Shown: positions 57,675 through 64,000 of the stretch, piece after piece
Layout of the letters: every line of letters starts with the position of its first letter
How positions within the stretch are numbered: position 1 is the first letter of the stretch
DNA from: Caldisericota bacterium
GTDB taxonomy: Bacteria; Caldisericota; JANLFM01
Reading direction: 5' to 3'
DNA: 64,000 nt
NCBI GenBank assembly: GCA_024655865.1
Contig: JANLFM010000002.1
Span: forward strand, 74,405 to 138,404
The notes under the pieces: model-generated
Database searches by the model: none
Seen by the model: only the letters and a program-made list of their open reading frames with translations
What the model was told of the DNA's origin: nothing
Program-made: the position numbers and the translations under genes

Positions 57675-58784
57675 ATGAAGTATAAATATGAGAGCGAAGA
57701 GAACGCTGTCTACCCTGAGAAAGGAGAAAAACTCTTGAGCGAGTTTCAATTAAACGAAGAGAAAGTCCTTGAGGCCCTGAAGGAAGTGATCGACCCCGAA
57801 TTGAACGCTTCTATAGTGGAATTGGGGATGGTAAAAAACCTAAAAGTGGAGGAGGGAGTCGTTTCCCTGGATTTTACTTTAACCACCCTATCTTGCCCTT
57901 TTAAGGAAAGCCTCGTGAACTTAACCAGAGAAAAAATCGCAGCTTTACCCGGCGTGAATGAGGTGAAGGTCAACCTGCGTCAGATGAGCGAGGAGGAAAA
58001 GAAAAAGCTCCTTCAAGACCGTCTCAATGTGGAAACGAGTTCCTTTAACCAGATTAAGCACGTGATCGCCATAATGAGCGGAAAGGGAGGAGTAGGAAAA
58101 TCCCTGGTCACGTCGTTATTAGCCCTTTCCCTTTTCGTGAAAGGGAAAAAAGTGGGAATCCTTGATGCAGACATCACTGGACCCTCTATCCCTCGTATTT
58201 TTGGCCTGAAAGGCTTTCCTGAGGCCTCAGAGTTGGGAATTACTCCTCTGATCACCGCAGAAGGAATCAAGGTCATGTCTATGAACTTTTTTCTCGAGGA
58301 GGAGGGGCGCCCGGTAATCTGGAGAGGACCTCTGATCACTAAAGCTATCCAGCAGTTTTGGAGCGACGTCCTCTGGGGAAGTCTGGATTATCTCCTTGTG
58401 GATCTTCCCCCAGGAACGGCCGACGCTCCCTTAACTGTTCTCCAATCAATCCCTGTGGATGGCGTAATTTTGGTCACAAGCCCTCAGGAACTGGCGAGCG
58501 TAATTGTGCACAAGGCTGCGGAGATGAGCAGGGCTCTGGGAACGCCCATCCTGGGAATTGTGGAAAACATGTCCTATTTTGCCTGTCCGCACTGCGGAAA
58601 GGAATCAAACCTCTTTGGCCCGAGCCACACTCAGGAGCTGGCGCGTTCGCTGGGAGCCCCGATTCTTGCAAGGTTGCCAATTGACCCTCGCTGGGCGGAA
58701 CTGGCAGATCAAGGGAAAATAGGGGAAATCCCCCTGGATCTTTTCCAGCCCGTTGTGCAATTCATCTTTGAAAAATTCGCTTAA
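57675..58784 (+). CDS. apbC: Mrp/NBP35/ApbC-family Fe-S cluster carrier ATPase with N-terminal DUF59 (MIP18-like) domain
   Basis: DUF59 region (VIDPELNASIVELGMV), P-loop SGKGGVGKS, CPHCG motif. Confidence 0.85.
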   Translation: MKYKYESEENAVYPEKGEKLLSEFQLNEEKVLEALKEVIDPELNASIVELGMVKNLKVEEGVVSLDFTLTTLSCPFKESLVNLTREKIAALPGVNEVKVNLRQMSEEEKKKLLQDRLNVETSSFNQIKHVIAIMSGKGGVGKSLVTSLLALSLFVKGKKVGILDADITGPSIPRIFGLKGFPEASELGITPLITAEGIKVMSMNFFLEEEGRPVIWRGPLITKAIQQFWSDVLWGSLDYLLVDLPPGTADAPLTVLQSIPVDGVILVTSPQELASVIVHKAAEMSRALGTPILGIVENMSYFACPHCGKESNLFGPSHTQELARSLGAPILARLPIDPRWAELADQGKIGEIPLDLFQPVVQFIFEKFA

Positions 58785-58956
58785 AGGGGGAAACCTCCAA
58801 GGAGAGCCCCTTTTCTATACAAAATTTGTGTTTTACCCGTATTTCCCGGTCTCCTAAAACAAGGGGAAGTTATATAATTTTTAAAAGAGCGTCTGGGAAC
58901 ACTATTAAGTTCACCTCGAAATTCCAGGCTCATATTAAAAGAAGAGGAGATAAAAA

Positions 58957-59568
58957 ATGGTCAAATTTTTTACTTTCCTTTCCGTTTTGGCTTGCCTGGT
59001 TTTACTGATTTCGGGCTGCGGAGGAACTCCATCCACGGAAAAAACTCCAAGTCCGACTTTATCGAGTTCTGAGACCGTTAAACCCACCCCCACGAAAACG
59101 ACGGAAATAATCACAGAAGGAGCAAAAAGGTTTGCCCTGGGCCAGTCCTTTGAGTATTCCAACGCTACCTTTACTTTTAAAAGCGCAGAGTTCATGGATA
59201 AGATTCCAGCTTACTTAGAGGAAAAGACTTATACGCCCAAGAACGGGAAGTATCTCGTGGTTTACTTCTCCTTTAAGGGAAACGAGCAGAATGAGGGAGG
59301 AGGAATAAATACGGACATCTTCCTCCTTCGGGACTCCCAGGGAAGAAATTATCAGATGTCCTCGGATCTTAGGAATTACGAGGACAACGATTTGGCTATG
59401 GAAAAGAAGATGCAAGTTCCGGGCATGCTTTTGTGGAATCAGGAAAATGAAGAAGATTCCCTCCTGGTTTATGACGTTCCCACAGACGCCTCCGGGTTCA
59501 CGATGAACATCATTTACGCGGAAGGAAAGCTCATAAAGACCTTCGCCATTATAGACCTGAGATTGTAA
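58957..59568 (+). CDS. Lipoprotein, hypothetical (DUF4352-like)
   Basis: Lipobox LISGCGG after signal peptide; 203 aa. Confidence 0.5.
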   Translation: MVKFFTFLSVLACLVLLISGCGGTPSTEKTPSPTLSSSETVKPTPTKTTEIITEGAKRFALGQSFEYSNATFTFKSAEFMDKIPAYLEEKTYTPKNGKYLVVYFSFKGNEQNEGGGINTDIFLLRDSQGRNYQMSSDLRNYEDNDLAMEKKMQVPGMLLWNQENEEDSLLVYDVPTDASGFTMNIIYAEGKLIKTFAIIDLRL

Positions 59569-59600
59569 AACAAAAGAAGGGATCATTAAGGAGTTCAGGA

Positions 59601-60137
59601 ATAAATTTCCCTTACTTAGCTAAAACGCCTGGTTCGGAAAGAAAGATCCTGATCACTGGACCTCCCGGTTGCGGAAAGACCACGCTGATTAAAGAGCTCC
59701 ACAGCCGCTTTCCTGACTTTTGTGGTTTCTGGACGGAAGAAATAAGAGAAAGAGGAGTCCGCACGGGCTTCCAGATCGTCACTACCTGGGGCGAAAGATT
59801 TCCTCTTTCTTCGGTCTACTCCTCATCACCTTTCCGCGTGGGAAAATACGGGGTGGAGGTGGAAAACATTAATCTGGTGACTCAAAAGTTGTGGGGACTT
59901 CTTGGGGAGGGAAAACGGAGTTTCCTCATAGACGAAATTGGAAAAATGGAATATTTTTCCCGGGAGTTTCGAGAATTGATCAGGGAATTGTTCCATAATC
60001 CGGAAACAAGGCTTATTGCCACTATTGCAGAGAAGGACTTTCACCCGGAAATCAAAGTTTTAAAGGAAAAAGGGGAATTATATTATCTTACGCGCAAAAA
60101 TTTTGACGAGGTACTTTCCAAGGTCCTGAGATTCTGA
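59601..60137 (+). CDS. Nucleoside-triphosphatase THEP1-family (PF03266-like). No canonical start codon; ORF-track call 59838 is an internal fragment
   Basis: Frame open from 59580; Walker A KILITGPPGCGKTT at 59643-59684; continuous with the 99-aa ORF. TAAGGAG RBS at 59587-59593 but the nearest in-frame codons are ATA/ATC/CTG. Confidence 0.55.
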   Translation: MNFPYLAKTPGSERKILITGPPGCGKTTLIKELHSRFPDFCGFWTEEIRERGVRTGFQIVTTWGERFPLSSVYSSSPFRVGKYGVEVENINLVTQKLWGLLGEGKRSFLIDEIGKMEYFSREFRELIRELFHNPETRLIATIAEKDFHPEIKVLKEKGELYYLTRKNFDEVLSKVLRF

Positions 60138-60286
60138 TTTGCTTGAAAAGCCCAAAAGATATCTAAAATTGGCCTTCTCGAAATTACTCAAAAATGGCTC
60201 CAACCTGCACACGAGAATTAGAAAGCTACGGGAAATGATGTGGTATTTCTTGCTAAAAAATTTCCCGTCTACCATTCTGTATATTT

Positions 60287-62139
60287 TTGAGCATAATATT
60301 CAGCATAAATAAGCGAAGAGAGATGTTCGAAGAAATCAAGGAGGGCAAGAATAAACAATCAGCAAGAAGGGCAGGCGTAGGAGTCTTTATCTCCTGGTTC
60401 GCCATTTTGCTCGTGGTATGGTTCCTCAACCCTAAACTCTTCCATCTTCTCTCTGTTATTTACTGCATAATAATAGCCTTCGGTATTTACACGGTGGCCT
60501 GGAACTCGAGGCAGCGTTTGGAGGCCAATCCCCTCCTGCTGTTGGGGGTTGCTTTCTTCTTTGTTGCCGTCTTTGACCTGCTCCATATTTTTGCCTCCGA
60601 GGACTTAGCGCTTATGAATTTTTCGGGCGCAAATATCTCCTGGCAATTCTGGCTAGTAGCCAGGTATCTTCAGGCTGTCTCTCTTTTAATAATTCCTTTT
60701 TTCGGGACGCGCAGGTCCAGCCTACCGATCTTGTTTCCAGTTTACCTCCTGGTTTCCCTCGTTCTTTTCCTCGCTATTTACTTATGGAAATTCTTCCCCC
60801 CTTCTGTTGTGGATAGCGGGGGTATAACTTTGTTTGCCGAATGGAGCGTCTATTCTCACATTGCTCTCATGGGCATTTATCTTTTCTTCTTTTTAGTTTG
60901 GCACAAAAAGATATCTAAAGCCCTCTTTTTCTTACCACTCCTATTTGTCCTCTTCCTACTTATTTCGGAAACTTGCTTCCTGATCTTTCCTATGAATTCG
61001 GAGTATTTCTCCCTCTCAATTCATTCTTCACAATTAGTCGCCTACTGTTTCCTCTACCTGGCAATGGTCGTTTCCGCGATTCAATATCCTTTTGATACCC
61101 TTTATCACAATTTGAAAGAAAGCGAAGAAAAATACCGATCTTTAGTTGAAAATATGGCAGATGGAGTAATTCTTATCGATGAAGGAGGAAAAGTGGTCTT
61201 TGCCAATCCTCAGGCGGAAAGGATATTTGATGTGCCCCAAGGAACTTTAGTGAATCGCTCAATTTATGATTTTTGCTCAGATTGGAGGAAGGAAAACCAG
61301 AATTACCCCCCCCCCCCCAGAAAAGAATGGAAACGGAAATTATTTGCAGCAACGGTACCAAAAAGATCCTCAGCATGGCATCTACTCTCATCCCTGACCA
61401 GAAAGGAGTACGCCATCAAACCCTTCTTATTGTAGAAGATATCACTAAACGGAAAAGAGCCGAAGAATGGAAAGCCGACTTCACCCGGGCAGTGGCCCAC
61501 GATATCGCGAACCCTCTTTCCGCAGTCAGGGCTGCTTTGGAGCTTTATTCATATCGAAAATTAGGAGATCCCACTGCTGAGGAATACCTGGAAACTGCCA
61601 AATTAAATATTGAGAGAATCGCAAACCTTATTTCCAATTTATCCTTTTCCGTAGATCTTGCTCTAAATAGAGAAAAAGAGAGAAGTCCAATAAAATTAGA
61701 TGCTCTTCTTGCCCGGATTCATAAAGCTCTTGCACCCCTCTTCCAGAGAAAGGGTGTTGAGTTTAATTTAAAAATCGATAATGGAGAAATTCAGGTGCTA
61801 GCCAACGAAAATCTGGAAAGGGCTATTGGAAATATCCTGGATAATGCCTTAAAGTTCACACCCGAAGGAGGCAGAGTTGAGGTTTCCTTGAGAAAAGAAG
61901 GAGAGAAGGCCCTGATCACAATTAGCGATACCGGTACGGGGATTTCTCGCCATGATCTACCGCACATCTTCGAGCGCTTTTACAAGGGAGAGAGCGCTCA
62001 CACCGGAACGGGATTGGGGCTCTACACAGTTAAGCTCACGATCGAGGAACACGGTGGAGAGATTTCCGTAGAAAGTGAGCCGGGGAAAGGAAGCAAATTC
62101 TCCATTTCCCTCCCGCTTCTTTTAAAGAGTTCAGGTTAA
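60287..62139 (+). pseudogene. Sensor histidine kinase (membrane MASE-like domain + PAS + HisKA + HATPase_c) split by a frameshift in a C13 homopolymer at 61306-61318
   Basis: ORF 60287..61435 ends inside the PAS domain. ORF 61273..62139 (frame -1) continues PAS then HisKA (AHDIANPL) and HATPase (DTGTGI, GTGLGL). One extra C (or -2) restores a single ~615-aa ORF. Confidence 0.7.
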
Positions 62140-62257
62140 ATCTGTCAACTTCCAGGATGGCTCCTTAAATAGTCTTTATTGAAATATGATCCTTGTGGCT
62201 GAAGGTTGCCAAACTATTATCTAACCAAATCCATTGGGTTCTCTGCTGTCTAAAACA

Positions 62258-62292
62258 AAAAGGGGCGGACGAACCGCCCCTTCTGAATTTTA
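62258..62292 (-). terminator. Intrinsic terminator (GGGGCGG-ACGAA-CCGCCCC) serving the minus-strand moaD/AOR operon
   Basis: 7-bp GC stem followed on the minus strand by TTTTTGTTTT. Confidence 0.6.
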
Positions 62293-62307
62293 CAATTTAC
62301 TTAAGCG

Positions 62308-62535
62308 TTATCCCCCAGAGTAGACGTGAGAGATCACCAGGCGGTCTCCCTCTTTGAGGGGGTGCTCCGGTGGGACTCCCTGACCTCCCACAGTGATAAT
62401 CATGGGGGAATTGCCGGGAATCCCCAGACTCTCAATGAGTTGAGACACAGTGGCTCCTGGTGAAATTTCCACGTCCTTTTCGCTGAAACCGACCTTCTGA
62501 ATCAGGTGTCCTATGAGCTTGACGGTGACCTTCAT
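62308..62535 (-). CDS. moaD: MoaD/ThiS-family sulfur-carrier protein (C-terminal GG)
   Basis: 75 aa ending ...VYSGG; immediately downstream of the AOR gene. Confidence 0.7.
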   Translation of the reverse strand: MKVTVKLIGHLIQKVGFSEKDVEISPGATVSQLIESLGIPGNSPMIITVGGQGVPPEHPLKEGDRLVISHVYSGG

Positions 62536-62542
62536 TTTGATC

Positions 62543-64000
62543 TCATTCCAGCCTGATGAATTTTTCCACCTTAAGAGCTTCTTCTTCCAAGCCTAAGTCT
62601 TTTGCTGTTTTCCTGGTGGGAATTCCCCTCTTATCCCAGCCGCGAATGTTGTAGTAATGATCCAGGAGCTGATTGTACTTGTCCAGTTCCAGGACTTTTC
62701 CGGCAATAATCCCTTCCTTATCCGCATTGGAGGGGTCGAACCAGGCCATTGGGGGGTAATCCCTTGTCCTGTCCCAATCGGGGAACTCCCGGGCCCAGAA
62801 GAACTTCATCAGGGCGTAAATCCTGTCTGAAATTTTCCAGAAATCCTCTAATGTCCAGTTCAGGCCGGTGATCCTGTTGAAGTAGACAGGGTAGTGCTCC
62901 AGACCCCATCCCAGTTCCACCCAGGGGAAGCGGCAGGCCGGAAGATACTCAAAAAGTCCTCCTCGGATTCTCTGGAGCTCAATCACCTTCTCCGCCTTTT
63001 CCCTGCCGTATGATTCACGGGTAGTATGCATGATCTCAAAGGTGATCACCCAGGATTCCTTGTGGTGAGCCCCGATGGGACTTGTACCATAAGCTAAAGC
63101 CATTCCCGGAATGAATTTACAGTTGTAGGCGGAGATCTCCAGCCCTTTGACGTGCATGGCGTAGCTGGAAGAGCCTTTGCCAATCTTTTCCGCCATACGC
63201 ATGGTGCCATCCGCCAGGAAATTCCCTACCCCTTCTCTTCTGGCAATGAGTTTTAAGAGGTCCTTAGCCTTTTCGGCATCACCGAAATGGAAGTCGCCGT
63301 CTATGGCTCCGTGATCAATAGCGTCAGCATAGAAAGCAAGAACTGCGCCGGCAGAGATAGCATCAAGGCCCAGATCATCACAGAGGTAGTTCAGAGAGCC
63401 CACCTGGTCAAGCTCGAAAATTTCCAGATCCGCTCCGAGCATGCCGATGTTCTCGTAATCCATTTCCGCCTCGTGTCCCTCATGATCTCTGATGGTGATA
63501 CCACAGCGCATGGTGCAGTTAGGGCATCCGTAAGTGGCAATTCTCGCGGCGTTCAGGCGTTCCCCATCGATCTTCCAGGCGTCGGGATGGAATGTCTTGC
63601 GCATATTGCGCACCGGAAGGGCGGCTACTTCGTTGCACCAGGCAAGGACTCCCGTAGTCCCCTGTTTGGACCAGCCAGTGCGTTTGTCCAGTTCGCCAAC
63701 TTTTTTGAGGTCGCCCAGACCGACCTCCCTGATTCCCTCTGGGTCCGCCACCGGGATTTCCTTCGTCCCCTTGGCCACAATGGCCTTGAGATTTTTGGAA
63801 CCCATAACAGCGCCAATTCCCGGCCTACCGCCGGCTCTTCCTTCCATGCTGCGCACCATGGCGTAGAGCACTTTATTCTCTCCCCCGGGCCCGATAGTGA
63901 GCAAACCCACACCTCGTCCGTACTTTTTGTAGAACCAGTCGTTAGTATCATAGGTCCCTTTGCCCCAGACTTCTAAAGCGGGCAGGAATTCCACCTTATC
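62543..64000 (-). CDS. aor: Tungsten-type aldehyde:ferredoxin oxidoreductase (AOR family). N-terminus lies beyond the window end
   Basis: YGCPNCTMRCG [4Fe-4S] motif and LCDDLGLDAISAG pterin-binding region typical of AOR. ORF open to position 64000. Confidence 0.85.
   Translation of the reverse strand, partial: DKVEFLPALEVWGKGTYDTNDWFYKKYGRGVGLLTIGPGGENKVLYAMVRSMEGRAGGRPGIGAVMGSKNLKAIVAKGTKEIPVADPEGIREVGLGDLKKVGELDKRTGWSKQGTTGVLAWCNEVAALPVRNMRKTFHPDAWKIDGERLNAARIATYGCPNCTMRCGITIRDHEGHEAEMDYENIGMLGADLEIFELDQVGSLNYLCDDLGLDAISAGAVLAFYADAIDHGAIDGDFHFGDAEKAKDLLKLIARREGVGNFLADGTMRMAEKIGKGSSSYAMHVKGLEISAYNCKFIPGMALAYGTSPIGAHHKESWVITFEIMHTTRESYGREKAEKVIELQRIRGGLFEYLPACRFPWVELGWGLEHYPVYFNRITGLNWTLEDFWKISDRIYALMKFFWAREFPDWDRTRDYPPMAWFDPSNADKEGIIAGKVLELDKYNQLLDHYYNIRGWDKRGIPTRKTAKDLGLEEEALKVEKFIRLE

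Noticed and set aside
1-64000. CRISPR arrays, transposases, integrases, prophage genes
   Set aside because: No direct-repeat/spacer arrays, IS-like terminal inverted repeats or recombinase-like ORFs were seen. The only long repeats are gene-internal (tandem paralogous ferredoxins).

Overview
This 64 kb window is densely coding chromosomal DNA with roughly 50% GC, no rRNA, no CRISPR array and no transposase or integrase. The gene content (tungsten-type aldehyde:ferredoxin oxidoreductase with a MoaD-like protein, rubredoxin with an NADH:rubredoxin reductase, THEP1 NTPase, TrpB2, bifunctional PGI/PMI-like SIS protein, adenosine-specific-kinase-like protein, many glycoside and sugar genes) points to an anaerobic, probably thermophilic bacterium. 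A T-box leader and a Cheo-type (GAAC-N4-GTTC) LexA box point the same way, toward a Firmicutes-like bacterium. The main supportable items follow.
- A radical SAM/SPASM enzyme with a long N-terminal extension sits 35 nt upstream of a secreted PQQ-like beta-propeller gene and next to an orphan AbiEii-like nucleotidyltransferase.
- A 53-aa rubredoxin gene, missed by the ORF track, is translationally coupled to its reductase.
- tRNA-Gln(CUG).
- A T-box riboswitch (UGGC bulge, terminator) controls trpB2 and a co-transcribed ParB/Srx-like gene.
- nikR.
- An ArsR-headed operon holds a degenerate MvhD-like Cys protein and two tandem paralogous 2x[4Fe-4S] ferredoxin-like genes.
- A LexA-box-controlled dnaE2-dinB mutagenesis cassette.
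- A 765-nt noncoding region that may carry an sRNA.
- Two sugar-utilisation clusters: alpha-galactosidase/PfkB kinase/GH1/MFS, and FGGY kinase/MFS/class II aldolase with a distant AraA/FucI-like isomerase coupled to an HD-GYP/GAF protein.
- An unusual M50-like + PDZ + Lon-S16 fusion protease.
- An orphan Phd/YefM antitoxin.
- An ABC exporter with a perfect 10-bp inverted-repeat operator.
- A P-type ATPase.
- A sensor histidine kinase disrupted by a C13 homopolymer frameshift.
- A THEP1 NTPase lacking a canonical start codon.
All calls are from reading the sequence and motif memory; no database searches were run.
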